A stretch of DNA of 64,000 nt from Eledone cirrhosa (lineage: Eukaryota), in assembly GCA_964016885.1 (NCBI GenBank), contig OZ024761.1, positions 14,818,001 to 14,882,000 of the forward strand. Reading direction: 5' to 3'. Shown here in pieces: positions 52,144-64,000 of this stretch. The notes beneath the pieces were generated by a model. That model did no database searches, was not told where the DNA came from, and worked only from the letters and a program-made list of their open reading frames with translations. How positions within the stretch are numbered: the first letter of the stretch is position 1; each line of letters starts with the position of its first letter. The position numbers and the translations under genes are program-made.

Positions 52144-52830
52144 AAGAGAGAGAGTGGAGCATTTAAAAAATGTTTGCTAGGAAACTAAACACCAATATCC
52201 TTCTTTGTCTTTCGATGGCAAACAAACTTCAGCTAAATTTTTGCAAACTTTACTCAATGGCTTCTGCCAAACAAACACCACCACCACCACCACCACCACC
52301 ACCACCACTTCCACCAGCGCTACTACTGCCAATACCATCACCAATATGGCAACACCACCATCACCAACGCCACCACCACTACCATCGCCAACACCACCAC
52401 CACCACCATTACAATCGTCGACAACAACACCACCACCACCATCACCAACGCTGCCGCCATCACCAATACTACCATCACCAACACCACCATCACTTCCACC
52501 AGCACTACTACTGCCAATACCATCACCAATGGCAACACCACCAACGCCACCACCAACACCACCACCACCACCACCACCATTACAATCGTCAACAACAACA
52601 CCACCATCACCAACGCTGCCGCCATCACCAATGCCACCACCACTACCATCACCACCACCACCACCACCACCACCATTACAATCGTCAACAACAACACCAC
52701 CACCACAACCATCACCAACGCTGCCGCCATCACCAATGCCACCCTCACCACTACCATCACCACTACCACTATCAACACCAACACTACTAACATCACCAAC
52801 ACCACCACCATCACCACTACCAACACCACC
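51460..52830. repeat. (GGT)n and (ACC)n compound low-complexity tracts
   Basis: 51460-51910 is GGT-rich and 52275-52830 is ACC-rich with internal duplications. Confidence 0.85.
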
Positions 52831-53433
52831 ACTAGGTTCTAAAAGTCAACAAGAGAACCTTCTATGTGATAGTTCGACCGACTAGACATAGCAGCCAAAT
52901 TTCCTGCTCAAATCACAGTCACAGTCGGACCACATTATCACTGAACCTAATTAAATATTAATCTTTCCAACCCTTGCTAGGAGGTAAAGTAGATGTTAAA
53001 TGGAAATGATGATGATGATGATAATAGGAAAGACAGGCCTCCATCCCATCACCCATAATGTCAGACGCCATCTATATGACCCTAACCCCTTGACAGTTTG
53101 ATGTCTGTACCCCAGCACCAACCACCATCATTGCCTTCGCCAGCAAAACCAAGGACACTGAGCACCCTAGTGCTGTGATAAGATAGTGCTGGTATCTTGA
53201 GAAAATCACCCAGTCCATCCTGTAAGGTGGTTGTGTCAGAACAGAGTCCAGAATAGTCTGTAAAGTGGTTGGTGTTAGGCAGGACATCCAGCTGTAGGAA
53301 CCAAGCCAAAGCAAAGTGTAGAAGCAGGACCTAGCTACCTGACTGGTATGGCCTCAGCACACGACAGCATGCATGTAAAATAGACGTTAAATGATTATGA
53401 TGAAATGTGTATGTATGTATGTATGTGTGCATA

Positions 53434-53806
53434 TCATCATCATCATTACATTTTACGTCCGCTTTTTTCCTGCTTGCAAGGGTGGGACGGGAACTGATTC
53501 TGGCTTGATTTCTACAGCTGGATGCCCTTCCTAACACCAACCTCATTGCTTTTTTGCCGTGGCACCTACACGTCCACTTTACAGTGAGTGCTGGGTGCTT
53601 TTTTGCCGTGGTACCTCCACGACCACTTCGCAGTGGAATGCTAGGAAACCCAGTCCCTATCATCTCATTTCTACAGCTGAGTAAACTGGAGCAATATGAA
53701 ATAAAGTGTCTTGCTCAAGGAAACAACACATCACCCGGTCTGAGAATTGAACTCACAACCTTTCGATTGCAAGGCCAATGCTCTAACCACTAAGCCATGT
53801 GCCTCC
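53434..53806 (-). mobile_element. SINE family A with an extra internal subrepeat
   Basis: Reverse complement of 777-1122 with duplicated GCTTTTTTGCCGTGG.ACCT unit. Confidence 0.9.
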
Positions 53807-54237
53807 TGCATATATAGATAGATACATATATATGTGTTGTGTGTATGTTTGTGTATAGAACAAAGAAAAAAATGACAGAAGTCAGAGGTAGGTAGTTAAT
53901 TAGTTCATTGCTTTACAATCGTTTCAGAGGATTGATTGATTGTGAAAGATCAATGTATTGACTAGCATGCTAGTGGTTAGGTTACTAGCCATTTCTAGTC
54001 TCGCTATTTCTAGTTTCAAAATTCCTGTTCGATATGTGTTTGTGTGTATATATATATGTATGTATGTATATATATAAATATGGAAGTGTGGTAAGGAACC
54101 AGGTGGACCATAATGCACCAGAGTTCTCAATACTATGGGTAGTAGAGTGGGTAATAGGAAAATAGTCAGGACCCCGACAGCTGAGCTCCGGTCGTTTCGA
54201 CAGCTAGTTCTGAACCAACGCAGTATTGTTATATATA

Positions 54238-54304
<67 letters not shown>

Positions 54305-54310
<6 letters not shown>

Positions 54311-54497
54311 TCTACGTTAGGCACAAGGCCAGCAAATCACCCAGTGTATTACTGGTACTTTATTTTATCGACCCCGTAAGGATGAAAGGCAAAGTTAACC
54401 TCGGCGGGATTTGAACTCAGAATGGAATGGCAAGGGCCGTAACTCCATGTGTCAAAGCATGGCGTCCGACCCTCTACCAATACTGCCAATCCACCGA
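54305..54497 (-). mobile_element. SINE family B
   Basis: Intact core ATCGACCCCGTAAGGATGAAAGGCAAAGTTAACCTCGGCGGGATTTGAACTC. Confidence 0.9.
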
Positions 54498-54669
54498 TAT
54501 AATATAATAAAGAGAGATAAACACAGATATATACACATATGTGTCCAAATCATAAGGGACCTAATTCGCTAGGGTCAATAAGATACTAACTATGAACAAT
54601 ACGGTTTGCCAGACTCAATTAAAAGAATAAATAAAGAAATAGTACAAACCGAATCGTGATAACTATCAA

Positions 54670-54747
54670 ACATCCAGACAGTCTTTGGTAAAACTGTTTC
54701 GCAACAAGTGAAGGGAATTGCCAATTCTGTTGCTCTTCAGTGGATGT
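54670..54747 (-). ncRNA. Canonical type I hammerhead ribozyme (GUC cleavage site)
   Basis: Minus strand ACATCCA-CTGAAGA-GCAACA(21 nt)TGTTGC-GAAA-CAGTTTT(ACCA)AAGACTG-TC-TGGATGT: 7-bp stem I, 6-bp stem II with G10.1-C11.1, 8-bp stem III, all core nucleotides present. Confidence 0.9.
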
Positions 54748-54891
54748 ACGAATTAGTAAACTTTTCACTTCTAGGTTTCTAGAAGATTAAATGAGGCGCG
54801 TGTTTCGAATAACACACATGGCATTCAGTGCCTAGCATGTCTCGTAAAAGGTATGCTGCTATTATATATTATACAGCTATTATATATTATA

Positions 54892-55082
54892 GGGCGGTGG
54901 ATTGACAGTATCGGTAGGGGGTCGGACGCTATGCTTTCCAGCATAGTTACGTCCCGTTACGATCTGAGTTCAAATCCTGCCGAGGTTGACTTTGCCTTTC
55001 ATCCTTACGGGGTCGATAAAATAAAGTACCAGTAATGAACTGGGTAATTGCTGGCCTTGTGCCTAAAGTAAAAACAATTATA
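54892..55082 (+). mobile_element. SINE family B
   Basis: Head, B-box, core and tail; TATATTAT flanks. Confidence 0.9.
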
Positions 55083-55167
55083 TATTATACGGCTCGGAAA
55101 ATTTTTTCCTTCAGCTATTTTAATTGTAAGGGACTATTCTGAGTTTCTAACTCAATACATACTTTTG

Positions 55168-55198
<31 letters not shown>

Positions 55199-55399
55199 AG
55201 AAAAACCACAGATCCTCCATCTCAACTCTACTTTTGAAAAGCAGAAGAACTGCGAAATGGGTAAAGGAACCAAATAAATATTTATATATTTTTTTAAAAA
55301 TAAGACTCCAGTTGCATTTTCGATTTCATCTCTTTTTCTTCATACTTTCACTCGTGTAGGACACTTCGGTTATTTTTCATTTTGTAAAAAAAACCTCAC

Positions 55400-55470
<71 letters not shown>

Positions 55471-55560
55471 AGGAGGTTATAGTTCATTTAAATAAATCTA
55501 AGGTTATTTATTCTATGTCCATACCTGCATTGTTTTGGCTTTATTATACATATACAAACG

Positions 55561-55602
<42 letters not shown>

Positions 55603-55641
55603 TATTGAAGTTTGCTTGAAACATTGTGGAATAATAAATAA

Positions 55642-56231
55642 ATATCTTTAAGTCGTTTGGAAGCCTCGACAATGCAAATGGGTAAATCTCCGAGTAACAA
55701 GATCCGGTGGTGGAGAGAGAGATGTAAGTGGGTGTATGTTGAGATGCATGGCGTGTAAAGATGTGTAAATGTGTAGAAGAAAGAAGGGAAGAGTATAAAG
55801 GATAAAATAAATATAACAACACAAGAGAGAGTTACCATGGGAGAGATTTAATAGTCCCTATATATTTCGGATTCACATCCATCAACTGGGGTTTTTTTCC
55901 GGGGTAAAGGTTGTCTGTTGGACAGGTGCGAAACGCGTCCTCCGCTGTTTGTTGTTTCGCACCTGTCCGACAGACAACCTTTACCCCGGAAAAAAACCCC
56001 AGTTGATGGATGTGAATCCGAAATATATAGGGACTATTAAATCTCTCCCAAGGTAACTCTCTCTCGTGTTGTTATTTCTATTTTCCTTTATACTCTTTCC
56101 TTCATTCTTCCACACATCTGATACACGCCACGCATCTCAACGTACACCCACTTACATCTCTCTCTCCACCACCGGATCTTGTTACCCGGAGATTTACTCA
56201 TTTGCATTGTCGAGGCTTCCAAACGACTTAA

Positions 56232-56237
<6 letters not shown>
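55642..56237. mobile_element. ~600-bp foldback element (~290-bp arms, 19-nt loop), Penelope-like
   Basis: Arms 55642-55934 / 55954-56237; (TA)n on both sides; decayed hammerhead-like motif at 55997-56032 and GAAACGCGTC at the apex. Confidence 0.85.
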
Positions 56238-56274
<37 letters not shown>

Positions 56275-56349
56275 CACATGTATATATATATCATCACTTT
56301 GCATCCATTTTCCATGCTGGCATGAGTTGAACAGATTGTCATATATATA

Positions 56350-56690
56350 TATCATCATCATTTCATTTTACGTCCGCTTTTTCCTTGCTTGCAAGGGTGG
56401 GACGGGAACTGATACTGGCTTGATTTCTACAGCTGGATGCCCTTCTTAACACCAACCTCATTTACAGTGAGTGCTGGGTGCTTTTTTTGCCGTGGCACCT
56501 ACACGACCACTTTGCAGTGGAATGATAAGGACCTCAGTCCCTAGCATCTCATTTCTACAGCTGAGTAAACTGGAGCAATGTGAAATAAAGTGTCTTGCTC
56601 AAGGAAACAACGCACCACCCGGTCTGAGAATTGAACTCACAACCTTTCGATTGCAAGGCCAATGCTCTAACCACTAAGCCATGTGCCTCC
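56350..56690 (-). mobile_element. SINE family A, full length
   Basis: Reverse complement of 777-1122. Confidence 0.9.
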
Positions 56691-56964
56691 ATTATATATA
56701 TATATATATATTCACGGATCTCTACTCTGAGTTTGATCTTTTAGCCAAGTTATTTATTGTTATGTGTGTGTGTGTGTGTGTTTGACTTTGGCTTCTCCAC
56801 TTAGTCGCTGTTAGTCTTTCAATAACAGTTACTAGACAAAAGTACCATTACTACATCTAGCCTCAATAACTTCCCAAAATACTGCTTCATAATGTCCCTT
56901 TCTCTCTCTCTCTCTAAGAATGTATTCTAAAGTGCCCTGCTACTCTCTTTTTGTCTGTGTGTAT

Positions 56965-57032
<68 letters not shown>

Positions 57033-57085
57033 CAAAATGACAAACAAACAAACAAATGCTGGAGTCAATGGCACATAGTGTTATT

Positions 57086-57138
<53 letters not shown>

Positions 57139-57231
57139 AGACATTTGCTGCTCTTTCTCTCACTTTCTTGTGCTCTCCCTATATATATATAAAAGTAGAA
57201 CAGTGTTTTCATATCTTTTAACACACACACA

Positions 57232-57377
<146 letters not shown>

Positions 57378-57384
57378 TAAGTTA

Positions 57385-57568
57385 TTCTGGGTTGAATCGG
57401 AGGTAACCACAGTAAGTAAGGTACTCAATACATAGCAGAGTATAAAAGTTTCAATATAGATGAGATTCTACAGGACTAGAACTGTTTCATTCTTTAGAAA
57501 TCAACAGAGATTCCTATTGACGTCTAAAGAATGAAACAGTTCTAGTCCTGTAGAATCTCATCTATATT
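57385..57568 (-). mobile_element. Foldback family P (46-bp perfect arms + tail)
   Basis: Arms 57453-57498 / 57523-57568; minus strand CTGTTGA-tTTC(TAAA)GAAt-GAAACAGTTC; tail homologous to 14534-14597. Confidence 0.8.
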
Positions 57569-58055
57569 AAAAAATATATATATGTATATATATAAAGAGA
57601 GAGAGAGATATATATGTATAACCACATACCATAAAGCCCCATTGCTATATTCTCATTCCAGTCTTCAAACTTTATTAAATAATATGGCAGACTACTACTA
57701 CTACTTCCTAGTTATTACTACTACTACCAGCTAGTTACTATTACTACTTACTAGTTACTACAGTTCTCAGAAATTGGTTTAACTTTCCTTACCTAATTAT
57801 TTTGTTTCCTCTATTTTTACACCAACATTTGCAGAATTTTCCTCGCTCTCTTGTTTATTTTTCTTGTTATAGTAATAGTGGTTGTTGTTGTAACAGTAGT
57901 GGTTGTTTTAGTAGTTGCTGTTATAGCAGTATTAGTTATAGTTAGTACTTGTTGTAGCAGTGATTGTTGTGTTAGTAGTAGTTGATAGAGTTATTCTTGT
58001 TATGCAATTTTCAAAAATTGGTTTTGTATCTTAATCTTAAGTCAATCTGCTTTCC

Positions 58056-58432
58056 TTAACCCTTTAACATTTAAACCTCTTTCTGTTCAAACCAGCTGTA
58101 ACTAGCCGCTCATATTGATGTTAAGGTTTGTTCTCAAAATATATAATATGAAAGTCTCATAGATTCGATATTATGTGAGATAAAGTATTTACCATGAAAA
58201 TACAAAAGTATATATAGAGTAATGTAAATGCTAAAGGGTTAACCCTTTAGCATTTAAACCGGCTGTATCCGTCCAGAATTCTCTCACCTTTTTCTGTTCA
58301 AATTGGCCATAACTGGTTGCTCATACTGATGTTAAGGTATTGTTCTCAAAATAAATTATATCAAAATCTCCTAGATTCGATATTATGTGAGATAATTACA
58401 TGAGATATAGCCTTTACCACGAAAATACAATA

Positions 58433-58479
<47 letters not shown>

Positions 58480-58509
58480 CATATAGTAATGTAAATGTTA
58501 AAGGGTTAA
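58056..58509. mobile_element. Tandem dimer of piggyBac-type MITEs sharing one TTAA
   Basis: 58056-58242 and 58239-58509; junction GCTAAAGGG-TTAA-CCCTTTAGC. Confidence 0.88.
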
Positions 58510-59289
58510 GATGCTCAAGCAAGTAAGCTTCCTCCAGCAATGTGAATTTTCCCCACTTCTCCCAACACTTATCCAACATATTTCTGTGTACCTGAAGTTC
58601 CTCCAAGACATTCTTAAACTCACCCCATCTCAGCTTTCCCTTCCTTTCTCCAGCGTCCATGAAATTGCAGTCCTTGTATACTGCCAAATGAGTAGCTGGC
58701 AGGTGCAAAACGTTGACTTTGCTTTGCAAATGAATTTCTTTGTCTGTGACTGTTGTACATATGATATACAAAGTGTAGACTGCACCACCACTAGTTCTTA
58801 ATGTAATATCTGATTTGGTGACATTTTCTCTTTTTGAGGCCTAGCACTTTATTTCTCATTGCTTTTCATTATAGGACTGGGGTCTCCTATCATTAAAACA
58901 CCTGGGGTAAAACTTCCTATCGAATACAACCTCGTAAGAGGCCAGCTAAACCTGCATAGGTGGAAAGGCTGTAAATCTTTTTTTTTTCATTTTATACCTA
59001 TGATACCTCAACTGAATGATTAGGTCTTATCTGGTTTATGACATGTATGTCCATGACATGTCAACCAACTAACTTAGTCCTTACTATAGCTTTAGATTGT
59101 CATATGATGCATGTCAATGCCTGGGTCTTATCTAAAAATCTGGATTATGACTTATAACACGCCGACTGAATGATTATGTCCATTTCATGTCAACCAAATA
59201 GCTAGGTCCTCACTACAGCTTTGTATTATGATGTATGGCACATAGGTCAAAGTCTATATTAAATCTTATCTAAAGATCTGGATTATGAT

Positions 59290-60000
59290 GTATGACATGT
59301 CTACTTATGACTAGGTTCTCTCTGTGTCTCTAGATTATGACATATGATACATCAACTTATGACTAGGTTCTCTCTGTATCTCTAGATTTGACGTATGATA
59401 CATCTACTTATGACTAAGTTCTCTCTCTCTAGATTATGACATGATACATCTAATTATGACTAGGTTCTCTCTGTATCTCTAGATTTGACGTATGATACAT
59501 CTACTTATGACTAGGTTCTCTCTCTCTAGATTATGACATATGATACATCAACTTATGACTAGGTTCTCTCTCTCTCTCTCTAGATTATGACATATGATAA
59601 TCAACTTATGACTAGGTTCTCTCTGTATCTCTAGATTTGACGTATGATACATCAACTTATGACTAGGTTCTCTCTCTTTAAATTATGACATATGATACAT
59701 CAACTTATGACTAGGTTCTCTCTGTATCTCTAGATTATGACATATGATACATCAACTTATGACTAGGTTCTCTCTGTATCTCTAGATTTGACATATGATA
59801 CATCAACTTATGACTAGGTTCTCTCTGTATCTCTAGATTATGACGTATGATACATCTACTTATGACTAGGTTCTCTCTGTATCTCTAGATTATGACGTAT
59901 GATACATCTACTTATGACTAGGTTCTCTCTGTATCTCTAGATTATGACGTATGATACATCTACTTATGACTAGGTTCTCTCTGTATCTCTGGATTATGAC
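59290..60000. repeat. ~46-52-bp minisatellite, ~14 copies
   Basis: ACTTATGACTAGGTTCTCTCTGTATCTCTAGATTATGACGTATGATACATCT. Confidence 0.95.
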
Positions 60001-60139
60001 ATACATCTATGACACGTCAACTGAATCAGAATGACTAAGTTTAATCTAAAGATCTGGAATATGACGTATGTCCTTCAATACCGTCTGAATGTCTTACTCA
60101 CTCCAGTCAACTCAGTTTAAATGTGTGCCAACATTTTTG

Positions 60140-60942
60140 CATCATCATCATTATTGTTATCATTATCACAACCATCATCACTGTTACCACCACCACTGCT
60201 GCCTCTATCATCATCTCTGTTGTCATCATTACCATTCTCATCATCCTTATCATATTCAACATCACCATCATCAACACCATCATGATCATCATCACCATCA
60301 TCAACACCATCATGAGCGTGATCACCATCAACATGATCATCATCACCATCATCAACACCATCATGAGCGTGATCACCATCATCAACACCATCATGATCAT
60401 CACCATCATCAACACCATCATGATCGTCATCACCATCATCAACACCATCATGATCATCATCACCATCATCAACACCATCATGAGCGTGATCACCATCATC
60501 TTCCCACTCACTACCATCATCCTCATCATCACCACCACCACCACTATCACCTTCATCGCAATCACTACCACCACCACCACCACCATCATGATCTTCATCA
60601 CCACCACCACCATGATCATGATCACCACCACCACCATCATCATCATCAACACCATCATGATCCTCATCACCACCACCACCACCACAATCACTCAACACTA
60701 CCAACACCATCCTGATCTTCATCATCACCACCACCACCACCACCATCATGATCACCACCACCACCACCACCACCACCACCATCAACAACAACACCATCGT
60801 GATCTTCATCATCACCACCACCACCAACAACAACAACAACATCATGATCATGATCTTTATCACTACCACCACCACCAACATCATGATCACCATGATCACC
60901 ACCACCACCATCAACAACAACACCATCGTGATCTTCATCATC

Positions 60943-60974
<32 letters not shown>

Positions 60975-61070
60975 CAACATCATGATCATGATCATGATCT
61001 TTATCACCACCACCACCACCAACATCAACACCATCATGTTCTTCATCATCGCCACCATCATCATCATCAT
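60140..61070. repeat. (CAT/CAC)n compound trinucleotide repeat
   Basis: Visible directly; gives His-, Thr/Ile- and Asp-rich pseudo-ORFs. Confidence 0.9.
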
Positions 61071-62297
61071 CACAGTAAGTTTTCTCTGTTATCCATTCCC
61101 CTAGTTAGAAGCCAGTGTTGTTTATCAACATTCTTCCTCCCCACCCCCACCACCACCCACTCTCCCCAACCCCACCTCCACCCACCCTCCCCACCACCAC
61201 GTCCTCTCCTTCATTTACCAAAAATCTGATTCTTCACCTTGGCAGCTTTTTATTATCTTTGCCTCTAGTGTGGTTGTTGTTATTGGTGGTGGTGGTGGTG
61301 GTGGTGGTGGTTGTGGTGGTGTTGCTGTTGGTAGTGGTTGAGCTGCTGCTGTTCTTGTTGGTGGTGGTGGTGGTGGGGTGCTGTGGTTGTTTGCTGGGTG
61401 ATGATGGGGTGCTGTTGTTGGTGTTACTGCTACTATTGTTGTTGATGGGATGCTGTTGTTGTTGCGAATTTCTCATCAATGTTTCATAAGCGAAGTAGCT
61501 CTCTTTATAGAACACAGAAGATGGTAGGAATAGCTTACTTAACCTACGTCACTTAGACTAGCTCACTTAGCCTAGATTACATAACTTAGCTTATTTAGCC
61601 AAGCTTAGTTAGACTAGCTTACATAGGCTAGCTCACATCCTAGCTCACTTAGCCTAGCCTAGCTTAGTTAGCCTAGCTTACTTGGCCTAGATTTCTGCCT
61701 AGCTTACTTAGACTAGCTTATTTAAACTAACATACATACATACTTTCATATACACTCTTATTATGCTTAATGCTATGTAATTGGTATCAGGAAGGACATA
61801 TAGTTGTGAAAAACCCCAGCTAAAATACACTTCTGATTGAGAAAAGTACAACTCGGCCAACTTGCCAGACTTGCCTCATAATGTGGACGACACGGCTAAC
61901 CCATGCAAGTGTGGAAAAAAATAGACGTTAAACAGTGATGATGATGATAATATATAAGAATAATTTTGATCAATACACAGTAATATTGATCATATTGTCT
62001 GGCAATCGCTTGATGACAAAACAGTTGCAAAAAAAAACCAACCCAGTCAGAGTGTGGGCATCAGTTAATATTACCTAGATAGACATATCTAAGACTGTGT
62101 ATAGATATATAGATATAAAGAACCAGTTAGAGTATGGACTTCAGTTAATATTACCTAGATAGACATATCCAAGATTATGTGTAGATATATAGATATAAAG
62201 ACACATGAAAAGTAGGAAGGCAAGCAATGAACTTACATGAAAATGGTAAATACCAATTCTTAAGGCCTAAACCGATCTGTTTCAAGCTGACTAGAAA

Positions 62298-62488
62298 TAA
62301 TTGTATCTACGTTAGGAACAAGGCCAGCAATTACCCAGTGTATTACTGGTACTTTATTTTATCGACCCCGTAAGGATGAAAGGCAAAGTTGACCTCAGCG
62401 GGATTTGAACTCAGAATGGCAAGGGCCGTAACTCTATGCATCAAAGCATGGCGTCCGACCCTCTACCAATACTGCCAATCCACCGCCA
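62298..62488 (-). mobile_element. SINE family B
   Basis: Full copy; 19-bp TSD TCAAGCTGAC(T/A)AGAAATAAT. Confidence 0.9.
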
Positions 62489-62696
62489 CTGTCAAGCTGA
62501 CAAGAAATAATGCAGATTACCATTATTAGATGAAAGGCATCATTAAGATGTTAAACTTACGAAATTTAACCTTTAACATCCTCTAGGCAACATAAGGTGC
62601 CAGTAGAGTAATCTCCCCTGAATACAGTGTCAAGGGAAACAATTCATAAAAATGTTTAGCATGCTAAAGGTTAATATATGTTGAAACCTTGATATA

Positions 62697-62734
62697 CTGC
62701 CTGATGAGCTGAAAGGGGAAACGCACTGTAGCTG
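62697..62734 (+). ncRNA. Minimal hammerhead-like motif (decayed)
   Basis: CTGC-CTGATGA-GCT(GAAA)GGG-GAAA-CGCACTG-TA-GCTG; core intact, one mismatch each in stems I and II. Confidence 0.45.
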
Positions 62735-62741
62735 GCTTTTA

Positions 62742-62989
62742 TTAACCCTTTAGCATTTAAACTGGCCAGAATTCTCTCACCTTTTTCTGTTCAAACCAGT
62801 CGTAACCGGCCACAACTAACAACATTAATGTATTGTTCTCAAAATAAATAATCTCAAAATCTCGTAGCTTCAATATTATGTGAGATCAAGCCTTTACCAT
62901 GAAAATATAATAGTATAACCCATGCTCGCGTGGAAGATAGACATTAAACGATGATGATGATGATGATGATATGAATGCTAAAGAGTTGA
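62742..62989. mobile_element. piggyBac-type MITE containing an A2 tail fragment
   Basis: TTAACCCTTTAGCATTTAAA ... AATGCTAAAGAGTTGA with AACCCATGCTCGCGTGGAAG..(GAT)n at ~62917-62970. Confidence 0.75.
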
Positions 62990-63071
62990 ATGTTACATCA
63001 TCACTATAAGTGTTGTATTGAGTACGTTTCTTTTCTTCCTATGTTTGTCCTCAGTTGTGTATTTTCTTCAT

Positions 63072-63299
63072 TTAACCCTTTAGCATTTACATTACTCTAT
63101 ATTTACTATTGTATTTTCATGGTAAAGGCTTTATTTCACATAATTATCCTCACAATATCAAATATATGAGATTTTGTTATTATTTATTTTGAGAACAATA
63201 CCTTGACATCAGTATGAGTGGACTGTTACTGCCAGTTTGAACAGAAAGAGGTGGGAGAATCCTGACCAGATAGGGCCGGTTTAAATGCTAAAGGGTTAA
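63072..63299. mobile_element. piggyBac-type MITE
   Basis: TTAACCCTTTAGCATTTA ... TAAATGCTAAAGGGTTAA. Confidence 0.88.
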
Positions 63300-63321
63300 A
63301 TGTAATTACATACATAACATT

Positions 63322-63508
63322 GGTGGATTGGCAGTATCGGTAGAGGGTCGGACGCCATGCTTTCCAGCATAGTTACGTCCCTTTACGATCTGAGTTCAAA
63401 TCCTGCCGAGGTTGACTTTGCCTTTCATCCTTACGGGGTCGATAAAATAAAGTACCAGTAATGCACTGGGTAATAGCTGGCCTTGTGCCTAACGTAGAAA
63501 CAATTATT
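63322..63508 (+). mobile_element. SINE family B
   Basis: Near-identical to 54892-55082. Confidence 0.9.
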
Positions 63509-63549
63509 GAACCTCCTTGAGTTTCACCAGTGAGTGTGCCAGTTGTTTG

Positions 63550-63960
63550 AACAACAGGACTGCCTGCTCATGAAATTAACATGCAAGTAGCTGAACATTC
63601 CAATGACACATACATACATGCACTCTTTAAGATAGTTCTCAGGGAGATTCATTTTGAACTACAGAACAGCCTGCTCGTGAAATTAATGTGTAAGTAGCTG
63701 AACATTCCAATGACACATACATGCGCTGATAACATAGTTCTCAGGGAGATTCAGTTTGAACTACAGAACAGCCTGCTCGTGAAATTAATGTGTAAGTAGC
63801 TGAACATTCCAATGACACATACATGCGCTTATAACATAGTTCTCAGGGAGATTCAGTTTGACCAACAGAACAGCCTGCTCATGAAATTAATGTGCAAGTG
63901 GCTGAGAATACCACCGACTTGTGCATCCACCACATACTTCCCAGGGAGATTCAGTGAGAC
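63550..63960 (+). repeat. 102-bp x4 tandem amplification inside repeat family C
   Basis: GAACAGCCTGCTC at 63664, 63766 and 63868, plus a diverged first unit. Confidence 0.85.
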
Positions 63961-64000
63961 AGGGTTGGTCCTTTGAGTTATAGTTACAACACACCACAGT

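Noticed and set aside
52170-52885. Pro-rich and His-rich ORFs (formin/extensin-like)
   Set aside because: (ACC)n-derived, open in several frames, no flanking domain or convincing splice sites.
60089-61229. His-rich and Asp-rich ORFs
   Set aside because: (CAT/CAC)n trinucleotide expansion open in most frames; the GTAAGT at 61075 alone is insufficient evidence of an exon.

Overview
Repeat-saturated, AT-rich, non-coding eukaryotic DNA. The SINE families resemble those of cephalopods (Octopus-like); this is inferred, not proven. I find no credible protein-coding exon: the long ORFs are read-throughs of microsatellites or minisatellites. Contents are two abundant tRNA-derived SINE families (many with target-site duplications), a headless companion element, nine TTAA-flanked piggyBac-type MITEs, Tc1/mariner-type relics, two RTE-LINE 3' fragments and many satellites. 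The most notable hidden signal is a set of type I hammerhead ribozyme folds (CUGANGA...GAAA...UH). They include one fully canonical GUC hammerhead on the minus strand at 54670-54747 and several minimal ones with palindromic stem III. Most sit inside long foldback (inverted-repeat) elements near (TA)n tracts. One 283-bp near-perfect palindrome carries the same hammerhead on both strands (25174-25456). These look like non-autonomous Penelope-like or retrozyme-type elements, and their inverted arms often begin near the predicted cleavage site.
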